A stretch of DNA of 64,000 bases from Thermodesulfobacteriota bacterium (GCA_049320885.1 JBMORA010000030.1:58570-122569); one strand, 5' to 3'. Counted from the stretch's first letter, positions 9,367-20,423 are shown. Translations and numbers: made by a program. Notes: generated from the letters alone by a model not told the origin.

Positions 9367-9984
9367 TCAGTCCCCCAAGTCCACGCCGGAGAAAATCATG
9401 AACGCCACGGCCATGAAGCCCGTGATGAGCATGGTGATACCGAGGCCCCGCATCCCCTCGGGGATGTTCGAGTAACGGAGCTTATGGCGGATCGCCGCCA
9501 TTGTCACGATGGCGAGGAACCACCCGATGCCGGCACTGAATCCGTAGACCGAGGCCTGTGCCATGGTGTAGCGGCGCTCCACCATGAAGAGCGCCACGCC
9601 GAGGATCGCGCAGTTGACGGTGATCAGGGGCAGATAGATTCCCAGGGCGTTGTAGAGGGTGGCGGAAAATTTTTCCACGGCCATCTCTACGATCTGCACC
9701 ATGGCGGCGATGACGGCGATGAACGTGATGAAGGTGAGGAAGCTCAGGTCCAGATTCGCGAATTCCTGGCCGAGCCAAGCGAGGGCCCCCTCGCGGAGGA
9801 CGTATTCGTTCAGGAGCCAGTTCACCGGGGCGGTGATGGTGAGGACAAATACCACGGCAAGGCCGAGGCCTACGGAAGTGGAGACCTTTTTCGACAAGGC
9901 CAGGAAAGAGCACATCCCCAGGAAATAGGCCAGGATGATGTTTTCCGTGAATATCGCCCTTATACCGATGTTCACCAGGTCCAT
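9367..9984 (-). CDS. nqrE: Na+-NQR subunit E
   Basis: FLGMCSFLA and [12 protein letters not shown] motifs; operon order. Confidence 0.93.
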   Translation of the reverse strand: MDLVNIGIRAIFTENIILAYFLGMCSFLALSKKVSTSVGLGLAVVFVLTITAPVNWLLNEYVLREGALAWLGQEFANLDLSFLTFITFIAVIAAMVQIVEMAVEKFSATLYNALGIYLPLITVNCAILGVALFMVERRYTMAQASVYGFSAGIGWFLAIVTMAAIRHKLRYSNIPEGMRGLGITMLITGFMAVAFMIFSGVDLGD

Positions 9985-9988
9985 GGCG

Positions 9989-10603
9989 TCACTCCTCCCG
10001 GTATCCCGTCAACGTCCTCTGGAGCCAGATGATGAGGGATAGTATGATGAAGGCTCCCGGTGCCAGGACCATGAGGCCGTTGTCGGCATAGCCCGCGGCG
10101 TAGAACGATTCGGGGATCACGCGGTATCCCCAGAGGGAGCCGGAGCCGAGGAGTTCCCGGAAGAACCCCACCACGACGAGGACCAGGGCGTACCCCACCC
10201 CGTTCCCCAGACCGTCCAGGAAGGATGGGAGGGGCGGGTTCGACATGGCGAAGGCCTCCAGGCGCCCCAGGACGATGCAGTTCGTGATGATGAGGCCCAC
10301 GAAAACCGAGAGCTGTTTTGAAAGCTGGAAGGCGTAGGCCTTCAAAAACTGGTCCACCAGGATCACCAGGGTGGCGATGACCGTCATCTCGATGATGATG
10401 CGCACCTTCGAGGGAATGCGGTCCCGGATGAGGGATATGACAACATTCGCCAGGGCCACCACGACGATGACCGACAATCCCATCACCACGGCGGTCTTCA
10501 GGCGCGAGGTCACCGCCAGGGCGGAACAGATGCCAAGTATCTGTATGGTGATCGGGTTGGTCTCGTTCACCGGCTCCAGGAGTATCTTTCTATCGAACGC
10601 CAT
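9989..10603 (-). CDS. nqrD: Na+-NQR subunit D
   Basis: [17 protein letters not shown] and [16 protein letters not shown] motifs. Confidence 0.93.
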   Translation of the reverse strand: MAFDRKILLEPVNETNPITIQILGICSALAVTSRLKTAVVMGLSVIVVVALANVVISLIRDRIPSKVRIIIEMTVIATLVILVDQFLKAYAFQLSKQLSVFVGLIITNCIVLGRLEAFAMSNPPLPSFLDGLGNGVGYALVLVVVGFFRELLGSGSLWGYRVIPESFYAAGYADNGLMVLAPGAFIILSLIIWLQRTLTGYREE

Positions 10604-11369
10604 GGCGGCCTCCCTTCTTTTCGCTAAGGATATACGGCTCGTAAAGCGCCAGGCTCTTCTTCAGCAGCGCCGTGACACCCTTGCCGGTGATCGTCGCCCC
10701 GGTGATGCCGTCGACCTGGTGGAGCGACTCGGGCAGCGCGGTCGCTGCCTTGCCCTTCATCACCGCCACGGCAACGAGGGCGCCTTTCGCGTCGAATACT
10801 TTCTTGCCGTTAAAATTTCTTCTGAATTCCAGGGACTGTATCTCCCCGCCGAGTCCGGGTGTTTCCCCCTGTTTGTGGAAGGTGATACCGAGGACAGTGT
10901 CCAGGTCCCTCTCCAGGGCGACGTAGCCGTAGATGGAGGACCAGAGCCCCTTGCCGTAAACCGGGAAACAGTAGGCGGTCACCGTCCCGTCCTTCACCCT
11001 GGTGAAAACCGGGAGCCGCCGTTCCGCCGGGGCCTTGTCCATCTCCCGGGCCAGGTCGATTTGCTCCGCCTTGAGGTTGCTTTCCGCTGGGGCGCCGCTG
11101 CTGTCGACAATGAAAACCTTCACGTTTTCACGGTAGCAACAGGCGATGTCGGCGCATTTTTCCCCGCTGGACTCCCTGATGTCGCAGGCATCGTTTCCGA
11201 CGGCCTTCATGAGCCCCAGTGCCTGGAGTATGTTGCGTTTGATGTCCGCCTCCTGGGCCAGGTCCTGGCGGGGCTTGAGGGCCTGGGACGCCAGGGCCAG
11301 GAGGAGCGCGCAAGCAAAAGCCACGCCGAAGGAGAAGAGTAAGGTGTAGGAATTACTCTGCCTTTGCAC
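10590..11369 (-). CDS. nqrC: Na+-NQR subunit C
   Basis: GKGLWSSIYG, GETPGLGGEI and FMN-binding VDGITGATIT motifs. Confidence 0.93.
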   Translation of the reverse strand: MQRQSNSYTLLFSFGVAFACALLLALASQALKPRQDLAQEADIKRNILQALGLMKAVGNDACDIRESSGEKCADIACCYRENVKVFIVDSSGAPAESNLKAEQIDLAREMDKAPAERRLPVFTRVKDGTVTAYCFPVYGKGLWSSIYGYVALERDLDTVLGITFHKQGETPGLGGEIQSLEFRRNFNGKKVFDAKGALVAVAVMKGKAATALPESLHQVDGITGATITGKGVTALLKKSLALYEPYILSEKKGGRHGVR

Positions 11370-12522
11370 GGGAGCGCCTCCTGCGCATGTGGATCCTCAA
11401 GACCGTGTAGTCGATGAGGGGTGCGAAGAGATTCATGAACAGGATAGCCAGCATGGTCCCCTCCTCGTAGGCGGGATTGATGACCCGAACGAGGATGATG
11501 AGGACCCCGATGAAAAAGCCGTAGACGTATTTCCCGCCGTTCGTTGACGCCGCCGATACCGGGTCCGTGGCCATGAAAACGGCGCCGAAGGCGAAGCTTC
11601 CCATGACCAGGTGGTACTGCAGGGGCAGGGCCATGATGGAAACGGGAGATGGTGCCACTGCGTTGAAGAGGAAAACCGTTGCGGCGCCACCGGCGAAGAC
11701 CGATAGGATGATGCGCCAGCTTCCCACGCCCGTACCGATCAAGAGGATCGCACCCAGGAGGATCGCCAGCTCGGATGTCTCACCGATGCAGCCCGGGTGG
11801 AGGCCGATGAACATCTTCCACACTCCGTATCCTTTTTCGGCCAGGTGCTCCGCCACGCCGAAGGCCGTCTCATGGGCCACCGCAAGGGGCGTCGCCATGG
11901 TGTAGGCGTCCACGGGAGTCCCCGTTGTGAGGGTCCAGACGTCGTGCCCCGAAAGGCTCCTGGGGTAGGCGAAGAAAATAAAGGCCCGAGCCATCAGGGC
12001 CGGGTTGAAGATGTTCATGCCGGTCCCGCCGAAGACCTCCTTCCCCAGAACCACGGCAAAAGCCGTGGCCAGGGCCACCTGCCAAAGGGGTATCGTGGGG
12101 GGCATGATGAGGGTGATGAGCATTCCCGAAACGAAGAACCCCTCACTCACCTCGTGTTTCCGGACGATGGCGAACACGACCTCGATGGTGAGCCCCACGG
12201 TATAGGTGACGACCAAAAGGGGCACCAGCACCTTGAGACCCTCGACCATGCTCGGCAGGAATTCCGGTGTCATGCCCCGTGAAAGGAAATGGTGGTAACC
12301 CGTGTTGTAAGTGCCGAACAGGGCGCAGGGAACCAGGGCGATGACCACGGTCATCATCATGCGCTTGAGGTCATAGGCATCCCGGAGATGGACGCCTGCG
12401 ACCGTGCGCACTGGAAGCCGGTAGAAGAGGGTCTGCAGGGCGTCGTAAAGGGGCCAGGCAGCTCTAATGCGTCCCCCCTCCTCGAAATGCGGTTTCAGCA
12501 TGTTGAATATTTTATCAATCAT
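11353..12522 (-). CDS. nqrB: Na+-NQR subunit B
   Basis: DLKRMM, KEVFGGTGMNIFNPAL, DAYTMATPL and FMATDPVS motifs. Confidence 0.93.
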   Translation of the reverse strand: MIDKIFNMLKPHFEEGGRIRAAWPLYDALQTLFYRLPVRTVAGVHLRDAYDLKRMMMTVVIALVPCALFGTYNTGYHHFLSRGMTPEFLPSMVEGLKVLVPLLVVTYTVGLTIEVVFAIVRKHEVSEGFFVSGMLITLIMPPTIPLWQVALATAFAVVLGKEVFGGTGMNIFNPALMARAFIFFAYPRSLSGHDVWTLTTGTPVDAYTMATPLAVAHETAFGVAEHLAEKGYGVWKMFIGLHPGCIGETSELAILLGAILLIGTGVGSWRIILSVFAGGAATVFLFNAVAPSPVSIMALPLQYHLVMGSFAFGAVFMATDPVSAASTNGGKYVYGFFIGVLIILVRVINPAYEEGTMLAILFMNLFAPLIDYTVLRIHMRRRRSRAKAE

Positions 12523-12543
12523 GATATCCGTTTGTTACCGGCG

Positions 12544-13893
12544 CTAGCCTTCCCGCATGATCATGTCGATGCCGTCCCGGAGAATCCGCTGCATGTCCGA
12601 CTTCGACGGGCAGATGTATTCGCATATCGCCATCTCTTCCTCGGCCATCTCGTAGATGCCGAGGCCTTCCATTTCCTCGATGTCGCCGGCCAGGATGCTC
12701 TTGACCAGGTGGACCGGGTGAATGTCCATGGGAAGCACTTTCTCGTAGTTCCCCGTGGCGACGAAGGGACGGCATCCCCCGTTCACGTTGGTATCGAGGT
12801 CGAACCTGCGCCCGGGGAAGAGGCGGGAGAAAAAGGTGTTCGAAGCGCTCTCCATGCGGATGCCCGGGCGGATCCAGCCGAAAAGCGCCGGCCGCGCCGT
12901 CTCGCGGATGACGCTCACCTGATTGTCGAAAAAACCGATGAAGCCCTGGAAACCGGCGTTGCGGCCCGTGAGGACGTTACCCGAAATATACCGCGTTTCG
13001 GGAACCTCGGCGCCCCCCAGAAGCCAGCCGATCTCCGCCCCCTGAACGGTGCGGATGTGCTTCCGCACCTGGGACGCGGGGCCGCCGATGGCGATCACCG
13101 TGTCGAAGGAGAGCATCCCTGTGGCGAAGAGCCTGCCAATCCGGACGGCACTCTCGAGGGTGCAGTACCAGACGACGTCCCCGGGGCCCCGCACCGGGGC
13201 TATATGGTGAACCTGGACTCCCACGGTCCCGGCCGGATGCGGGCCCTTCACGCGGTGTACCGCCACCTCCGGGATCCCCGAGGCGATGCGCGCCGTCGCG
13301 TCGTCGTCTCGCCGGACCGAAAAATGGATCCTTCCCGATGTGAGGCGGCGAAGGATATCCAGGCCCTTTGCCAGATACTCGCCGTTGCCGGCGAGGATCG
13401 TTCCCGTGTCGGGGGCCAGGGGAGACGTATCGAATGACGATATGAAGATGTCGCGGGGCATGTCAACCGGACGCGCCTGGACGGCGAAGGGGCGCTGGCG
13501 CAGGGAGGCGAAGAGGCCCGTCTTCACAAGGATATCGATGATGTCCTCCCGGGATGAGGCCCGGGCAATTTTTGGCGGCGACTCCTCGACGGCTCCCTTC
13601 CCGTCACCTGCGATGACGATACCGGTTACCCTGCGCCGCTCCCCCCGGGAGATCCGTTCGATCCTGCCGCTCAGGGGTGATACGAAGAAAGGGGTGCCCG
13701 CCGTCTTGTCAGTGAAGAGGGGCGTGCCGGCCCTTACGTGGTCTCCCTCTTTCACGAGGAGGGCCGGGGTGATGCCGCGGAAATCCGTTGGCATCAGAGC
13801 CGCCCGGGGGGGTATGCCCCTGGCTTCGCACTCCGCCGAGGGTGCCCCGTCGAGGCGTATGGTGAAACCTTTTTTCAGGGTGATATCGGCCAT
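12544..13893 (-). CDS. nqrA: Na+-NQR subunit A
   Basis: MADITLKKG start, GPHPAG, ISGNVLTG, CEYICPSK. Confidence 0.92.
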   Translation of the reverse strand: MADITLKKGFTIRLDGAPSAECEARGIPPRAALMPTDFRGITPALLVKEGDHVRAGTPLFTDKTAGTPFFVSPLSGRIERISRGERRRVTGIVIAGDGKGAVEESPPKIARASSREDIIDILVKTGLFASLRQRPFAVQARPVDMPRDIFISSFDTSPLAPDTGTILAGNGEYLAKGLDILRRLTSGRIHFSVRRDDDATARIASGIPEVAVHRVKGPHPAGTVGVQVHHIAPVRGPGDVVWYCTLESAVRIGRLFATGMLSFDTVIAIGGPASQVRKHIRTVQGAEIGWLLGGAEVPETRYISGNVLTGRNAGFQGFIGFFDNQVSVIRETARPALFGWIRPGIRMESASNTFFSRLFPGRRFDLDTNVNGGCRPFVATGNYEKVLPMDIHPVHLVKSILAGDIEEMEGLGIYEMAEEEMAICEYICPSKSDMQRILRDGIDMIMREG

Positions 13894-14063
13894 TATCCGT
13901 TCCCGCGGCTCCCGGTGCGGCAAGACCCGCCGGCGCTTCCACACCTACAGCGCCCGGATGAGCCGGCACATCCCGACGGCGCGCCGTTCCTTCCGGCGGC
14001 AAAGAAAAGCACCGCCATGAAGGCGAGTACGATGACCATGGTGATCAGAAGGGTCGTGAGCAT
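13893..14063 (-). CDS. NqrM-like small membrane protein (56 aa; not in the ORF track)
   Basis: Hand-translated MLTTLLITMVIVLAFMAVLFFAAGRNGAPSGCAGSSGRCRCGSAGGSCRTGSRGNG*; one TM segment and 4 Cys; TAA overlaps the nqrA ATG. Confidence 0.65.
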   Translation of the reverse strand: MLTTLLITMVIVLAFMAVLFFAAGRNGAPSGCAGSSGRCRCGSAGGSCRTGSRGNG

Positions 14064-14274
14064 CCGGTATTTCCCCCCGCCGTCTTTTCTGTGGTTTCCG
14101 TTGGTTACGCTGAAACGATCAAATAATATAGCAGGGGCGCGTGTTGACGCAAATGTTTTTTAGGAAAAAATCCAATTTCCCATCATCGGTTTCGTTTTAA
14201 GGTTTCCGAGGAATTTGGATATAGCATTTATGTTTTACCGGGTTCGGGTCCGTCATCCTGCCTGCCGATTTCTG

Positions 14275-14538
14275 TTAAACTATCACGGTTTTCATTGGCG
14301 CCCCGCAGTTCAGGCAGTTGTCGCTTTCTTCGTACTGAAACAGGCCGCACCTTTTACAGAATATTCCTTTTATGGGAAGCCTGGGCTTATTCGGATCAAT
14401 GTAAATGCATCCGCCACGGTCATCGATTTCAAAATCGGTAAAACAGATCGGGCAGGAAACCAATCCCGGTTTGAACTCAAAATCATAAGACCGGCAGAAT
14501 GGGCAGCTTATGGTTTTCGGACGATCATTTGTTTCCAT
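14275..14538 (-). CDS. Small double zinc-ribbon protein
   Basis: 87 aa with four CxxC (CPFC, CPIC, CKRC, CLNC); overlaps the end of the IHF gene. Confidence 0.65.
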   Translation of the reverse strand: METNDRPKTISCPFCRSYDFEFKPGLVSCPICFTDFEIDDRGGCIYIDPNKPRLPIKGIFCKRCGLFQYEESDNCLNCGAPMKTVIV

Positions 14539-14812
14539 TCACTCTATTTCTCAAGATCCCGGAGCTCTTGAAAGTAACCACCTTTCTTTCCGGCAGCATC
14601 ATTGTTTGCCCTGTCGCGGGATTTCGTCCTTTGCGCTCTCTCTTCTGGTTCACGCAGAATTTCCCGAATCCGGAAATCAGAATGTCATCGCTGGATGCCA
14701 GGGTCTTTTTAATGATCTCGATCGTTGATTCAACCAATTGCGTACACTCTTTGTTCGTCAAGCCGAGTTGTTGAACCAGGTCTTCCACGATATCAAATTT
14801 CGTCAGGGTCAT
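14525..14812 (-). CDS. ihfA: Integration host factor alpha-like subunit
   Basis: MTLTK..ISGFGKF..RKGRNPATG..RKVVTFKSS; 95 aa. Confidence 0.88.
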   Translation of the reverse strand: MTLTKFDIVEDLVQQLGLTNKECTQLVESTIEIIKKTLASSDDILISGFGKFCVNQKRERKGRNPATGQTMMLPERKVVTFKSSGILRNRVNGNK

Positions 14813-15107
14813 TGTTGAAACGTCCAATCTATTTGGATTAATCGGGATATTGGCGATACACTGAATATCGTTTAAAAAAGTTTGTGTCAAGTATTTAAGT
14901 TTGTTATGCTCTATATCACTTGCCACACCATTTTCGTTTTCTCCGCAATTCTCAAGCGTTCGAGCAGCGCCCTCACCGTCCGGCATCACCGGCAAAAAAA
15001 ACGGTCAAAAGACGGTGATGTCTTTTGCCGTAATTGGTGCACCGATTTGGCACCGACTTATTTAGGGGGGGTAAAATTGATATGATGTTAAAATGGTAGG
15101 ATTTTAG

Positions 15108-15184
15108 TGGTCGGGACAGCAGGATTTGAACCTGCGACCCCAGCGTCCCGAACGCTGTGCTCTACCAGACTGAGCCATGTCCCG
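15108..15184 (-). tRNA. tRNA-Pro(CGG)
   Basis: Reverse complement CGGGACATGGCTCAGTCTGGTAGAGCACAGCGTTCGGGACGCTGGGGTCGCAGGTTCAAATCCTGCTGTCCCGACCA; cloverleaf with CCA end. Confidence 0.95.
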
Positions 15185-15297
15185 ACTTCGGCGACTCTTT
15201 TATGTTACAATATCTCAATTGTCAATGAAAAACATGCCGCCTTCCGGCTGATTTCCGGTACCCGGTCAGCGGATAAAACCGCTCCGGTCTGTTTTCA

Positions 15298-16644
<1,347 letters not shown>

Positions 16645-16762
16645 TCATAGATAAGAATTCTGATTTATAATATTAAATTTACACACGAGCCCAACACGGA
16701 TAATCGGTCTGACAACGCAGATGGATCCTGAAAGAACCAGGCATGGATGGGCACTCCCCTCT

Positions 16763-17242
16763 TTAGGTCATGGACGGGAAAGATGCAACAGATTTTCGTT
16801 TCCAGCGGAAAAAATCCTGAATCAGCTCCCGGCATTCGGCCTCCCGTACGCCCGGATAGACCGCCAGCGCATGATTCAGGCGCGAATCCCTGGAAAAATC
16901 ATACAAGGAACCGGCAGCCCCCCATTTGGGATCAAAGGCACCGAAACAAACCGCCGCCAACCGGGCATGGACAATGGCCCCCATACACATCAGGCACGGC
17001 TCGATGGTGACATACAGAACAGCTCCGGGCAGCCGGTAATTGTTCATCTTCAGAGCCGCGGCCCGCAGGGCCAGGATTTCGGCATGGGCCGTGGGGTCCG
17101 ACCGGGCAATGGTCCGGTTGTGTTCGGCAGCCAGTATGTCGCCGGCCGCATCCACCAGCACGGCGCCCACCGGCACTTCCCCCAGCTGCCGGGCCTTGAG
17201 GGCCTCTTGCAGCGCCAGATCCATGAAGTCAACCTGATCCAT
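16763..17242 (-). CDS. tadA: tRNA adenosine(34) deaminase
   Basis: GEVPVGAV, DPTAHAE and TIEPCLMC motifs. Confidence 0.93.
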   Translation of the reverse strand: MDQVDFMDLALQEALKARQLGEVPVGAVLVDAAGDILAAEHNRTIARSDPTAHAEILALRAAALKMNNYRLPGAVLYVTIEPCLMCMGAIVHARLAAVCFGAFDPKWGAAGSLYDFSRDSRLNHALAVYPGVREAECRELIQDFFRWKRKSVASFPSMT

Positions 17243-17344
17243 TCCATCACCCCAAATTGAAATTTTTCAACCAACACGGAGAACTTCCCATTGACACATC
17301 CGATAATCTATATTAGATAGAATGCCTCTTCGGGTCAAGCTTGC

Positions 17345-17421
17345 GCGCCCGTAGCTCAGATGGATAGAGTGCCGGACTACGAATCCGTTGGTCGGGGGTT
17401 CGAATCCCTCCGGGCGCGCCA
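17345..17421 (+). tRNA. tRNA-Arg(ACG); probable integration site
   Basis: GCGCCCGTAGCTCAGATGGATAGAGTGCCGGACTACGAATCCGTTGGTCGGGGGTTCGAATCCCTCCGGGCGCGCCA. Confidence 0.95.
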
Positions 17422-17429
17422 ATAAAATC

Positions 17430-17462
17430 AAAGGTTTAGAGAAACATCTCTAAACCTTTTTT
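17430..17462. terminator. Hairpin between the tRNA and the convergent integrase
   Basis: AAAGGTTTAGAGA-aaca-TCTCTAAACCTTT followed by further Ts. Confidence 0.7.
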
Positions 17463-18556
17463 ATTTTTGTGTGAGACTCTGTGTGAGACTTTTCACAAAA
17501 CCCCATCTCAAGAACGCCCATTGCATTTCGTTCACCCTCCCCTACGGAGTGTAAATAAATTTCTGTTGTAGTCCTGTTTTCATGACCGAGGATACGTTGG
17601 ATCGATCCGATAGGAATGTTGGCGGCATCCAACATCGTTGCACCGAAATGACGCAATGCATGAAATCGGAAATATTTGACTTCAGCTTTATTGCAGAGTG
17701 TTGTCATAACTTTTTTCCGATCTGCGTATGGTCCTTCAACCCAATGACCATTTTTGCGACTCCAATACCGGTGCCAGAATACCCATGGTTTTGATTGATC
17801 CCTTCTCGAAAACCGCCTCGACAATATTTCAAAGAGCTTGTCGGTCATGGGTATTTTCCTTGGTGTTAAATGCCCGCCTTTCTTTTTCCTTGTATAAAGG
17901 GTTACATTACGCTTATCAAAATCGATATCCTGCCAGCATAGCCGGTTGACTTCCCCCATTCGCCCTATTGTAAGCGCTATAGTCCACAAATAATCCTGTG
18001 TCTCTGGATCCGCGGCCATGAGTACTCGAAGAATATCTTTTTTTGACGGAACATACTTGATTCGTTTTTCTGTTGGAAAAAATTCGATCCCTCGGGTTGG
18101 ATTGGCTTTAATCCAATCCCGACTGGGATGCATTGCGAAATTGAAAAGCGCTCGCAAATATCGCAATTCTTTATTGGCTGTAAATGCAGATGTTTCATTA
18201 AGCCGTTTAATCAAAAACTTTCGAATCATATCTGTATTTACAGTGCCACAACTGAAACGCTTCCATTCTCTAACCCACCGACGGGCCATATACGAATAAT
18301 CCGTATAATGCCTTTTGGAGTTATATGCCTTGACGTGGTCAAGCCTGAGATTCACCAGATCCAAAAAGGTTATGTCGGTTCCCGTCGGGTCCGGTCGGGT
18401 CTCCGCCTCCATCTGCGGATTGTTCACCTCCTCTCTTTTTCTGGCTTCTGCCAGATTGGCATCTCGTTTTGTTTGGAACCAGCTTCCCGTATGCCTGGTC
18501 CCCTTGTGGGTGAAGTCGAACCTCCACCCCTTCCCTTTCACTGAATAAACGCTCAT
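17450..18556 (-). CDS. Tyrosine integrase
   Basis: TIGRMGEV (R), FHALRH and LGHENRTTTEIY motifs; GGAGG RBS before ATG 18556. Confidence 0.92.
   Translation of the reverse strand: MSVYSVKGKGWRFDFTHKGTRHTGSWFQTKRDANLAEARKREEVNNPQMEAETRPDPTGTDITFLDLVNLRLDHVKAYNSKRHYTDYSYMARRWVREWKRFSCGTVNTDMIRKFLIKRLNETSAFTANKELRYLRALFNFAMHPSRDWIKANPTRGIEFFPTEKRIKYVPSKKDILRVLMAADPETQDYLWTIALTIGRMGEVNRLCWQDIDFDKRNVTLYTRKKKGGHLTPRKIPMTDKLFEILSRRFSRRDQSKPWVFWHRYWSRKNGHWVEGPYADRKKVMTTLCNKAEVKYFRFHALRHFGATMLDAANIPIGSIQRILGHENRTTTEIYLHSVGEGERNAMGVLEMGFCEKSHTESHTKIKKV
17468..17490. repeat. Tandem 11 bp direct repeat TGTGTGAGACT, possible integrase arm-type sites
   Basis: Copies at 17468-17478 and 17480-17490, about 50 bp from the tRNA 3' end. 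Confidence 0.5.
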
Positions 18557-18740
18557 ATAGGTCCTCCTTTGATGGGAAAAAGAGAGAACCCCCGAGCTTT
18601 CTACCACCCAGCAATTCGGCGTTTTTATAAACCCAACTCAGGCTTTTCCGCAGATACTGGGCGACTTCCTCGGGGGTGAGTATATTTTTTGATTCAACCA
18701 CTGTCAATGCCGCCTTTTCGTTACCAGGGTTATTTGACAT
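18339..18740 (-). CDS. Excisionase-like HTH protein overlapping the integrase 5' end
   Basis: ILTPEEVAQYLRKSLSWVY HTH motif directly upstream of the integrase. Confidence 0.7.
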   Translation of the reverse strand: MSNNPGNEKAALTVVESKNILTPEEVAQYLRKSLSWVYKNAELLGGRKLGGSLFFPSKEDLYERLFSEREGVEVRLHPQGDQAYGKLVPNKTRCQSGRSQKKRGGEQSADGGGDPTGPDGNRHNLFGSGESQA

Positions 18741-19323
18741 GGTCGCCCATCAAGGAATTCCGGACCTCTTTCTGCATCTGGGTTATCCGCTGCTTGGTGA
18801 ACCCCAGTTTTTTGGCCACGGAGACATTGATCAGGCCGTCGTCCAGCACGGCTTCCAGATAATCCCTGTATTTCGGCATGGCCTGGATCAGCAGCTGGAT
18901 GATTTCCTCACGGTCTTCCTCCGTTTCCCGGTCATCGGGCTCGGTGAGACAGGCCTCTTCCCAGGCGATATCCATGTCGAGCTCCTCGAAATACACTTCA
19001 TTGTGAGAGAATTTTTCGGACAATCGGCTGAATCTCAGTTTGATCAAAACCCATATCCAGGGGATGAGGCTGGCCTTGCCGGGCTGCACTTTCCAGCGCC
19101 TGGCGGCAACCAGGGCCGTGGCATAGCCTTCCTGCATCAGGTCCTCAAATTCGTAACTCCGGACATCGGGCCGGTGGCGCCGGATAATGGCTTTGATGAC
19201 GGGTTCCATCTTTTTCAAAAAGGTTTCCATGACATGATGACGGTTTTTCGGTCCCAGGCCGCGGGTTTCCGTATCCCTTGTTTGTGGTTGACAACTTGTC
19301 CGAAAGCGAGTTTCGGCGGTCAT
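18730..19323 (-). CDS. Sigma70-like protein (region 2 plus region 4-type HTH)
   Basis: EFEDLMQEG and VAKKLGFTKQRITQMQK motifs; ATG overlaps the TGA of the upstream gene (ATGA). Confidence 0.65.
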   Translation of the reverse strand: MTAETRFRTSCQPQTRDTETRGLGPKNRHHVMETFLKKMEPVIKAIIRRHRPDVRSYEFEDLMQEGYATALVAARRWKVQPGKASLIPWIWVLIKLRFSRLSEKFSHNEVYFEELDMDIAWEEACLTEPDDRETEEDREEIIQLLIQAMPKYRDYLEAVLDDGLINVSVAKKLGFTKQRITQMQKEVRNSLMGDHVK

Positions 19324-20411
19324 GCGTCCATGGTCTTCTCCCGGCTGTGTTCCATGCAGGTCTTGAAGGCCATTTTGGTGTGAATGGGCCATGATTCCGG
19401 CCGGGGAAGCGAAACGGATTCTCGTTGGGATGCCGAGTGGCTGAGATTCCGGATGATGGCCCAGAGATAAGTCTCATTTTTCCCCCGCAGGTAGCAGCCC
19501 CCGCGTATGTAGCGCCGGAGTCCCTGGATGACGTGCTCCACGGCCATCTCGTTCCAGCGCCGCAGCTCGCCCATGAGGACATCCTCCGGGAGGATTCCGC
19601 CGGCACGGGATTGTTTCAGGCAGGCGATCCCGAGATCGATGATGACCCGCTGGGGGGAGGTGTACCGTTCCAGCAGGGCGGTTTTTTCGTTTTCAACAAC
19701 CGCATCCTGTCGGGAGGGAGTTGATCCAAAAAAAGAAGAGGGGAATCTATAAAGATTCCCCTCTTCTTTTTCATGATTCTTAATATATGATCCATTTCGT
19801 GTGCCGTCGGCGCCGGGAGGGAGGGTGTCGCGGATGACGGGAGGGGGCATGACGGCGATGTCACTAGGGGTACCGACAGACTGGCCGTCAGGGACGCTTT
19901 GAATACCGAAATGGTCATGAGGGGTGGTGACATCCGTGTCGGGAGGGGTGGTGACGTCGGCGACAGGAGGGGTAGTGACATCCATGTCGGGAGGGCTGCC
20001 GGCGGCATCCGTCATTTTGTCCGGCGACCGGTCAGAATCCCTCAGGGCAGCGTCGTTGAAGCAGGCATGCCACAAGAAATAATAACAAGTGGATCGGTAC
20101 CGGCCTTTTTCAGGGTCTGTCGGCGTCTTCCTCCGGAGGAACCCTTTTTCCACCAGCCCGTTGAGCACCCGGTTGATCTGGCGGACGGACACCCCGATGG
20201 AGTTGGCCAGCAGGCTGTGAGACGGATAACAAAAGCCGTTCTTGCCGGCGAACTGGTTGAGCTTGGCCCAGCAGACTTTTTCCGTGCCGGTCAGAAGGGT
20301 GGATTCCATCACCGGCTCGGGCAGGAAGCCGCCATAAAAGGTTTTGTACGGGATAAACGGTTTGCCTTCGGCAAGAGCGAGATCCCGGCCGTATTTTTTT
20401 TCATTTGTCAT
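19320..20411 (-). CDS. Phage/plasmid replication-initiator-like wHTH protein
   Basis: CYPSHSLLANSIGVSVRQINRVLNGLVEKGFL wHTH; Thr/Pro repeat linker; separate C-terminal domain. Confidence 0.65.
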   Translation of the reverse strand: MTNEKKYGRDLALAEGKPFIPYKTFYGGFLPEPVMESTLLTGTEKVCWAKLNQFAGKNGFCYPSHSLLANSIGVSVRQINRVLNGLVEKGFLRRKTPTDPEKGRYRSTCYYFLWHACFNDAALRDSDRSPDKMTDAAGSPPDMDVTTPPVADVTTPPDTDVTTPHDHFGIQSVPDGQSVGTPSDIAVMPPPVIRDTLPPGADGTRNGSYIKNHEKEEGNLYRFPSSFFGSTPSRQDAVVENEKTALLERYTSPQRVIIDLGIACLKQSRAGGILPEDVLMGELRRWNEMAVEHVIQGLRRYIRGGCYLRGKNETYLWAIIRNLSHSASQRESVSLPRPESWPIHTKMAFKTCMEHSREKTMDA

Positions 20412-20423
20412 GGACCGGCCTCC

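Noticed and set aside
5781..15107. Intact integrative element at tRNA-Pro mobilised by the 4875 recombinase
   Set aside because: The recombinase looks like housekeeping XerD, and I found no duplicated tRNA-Pro 3' end
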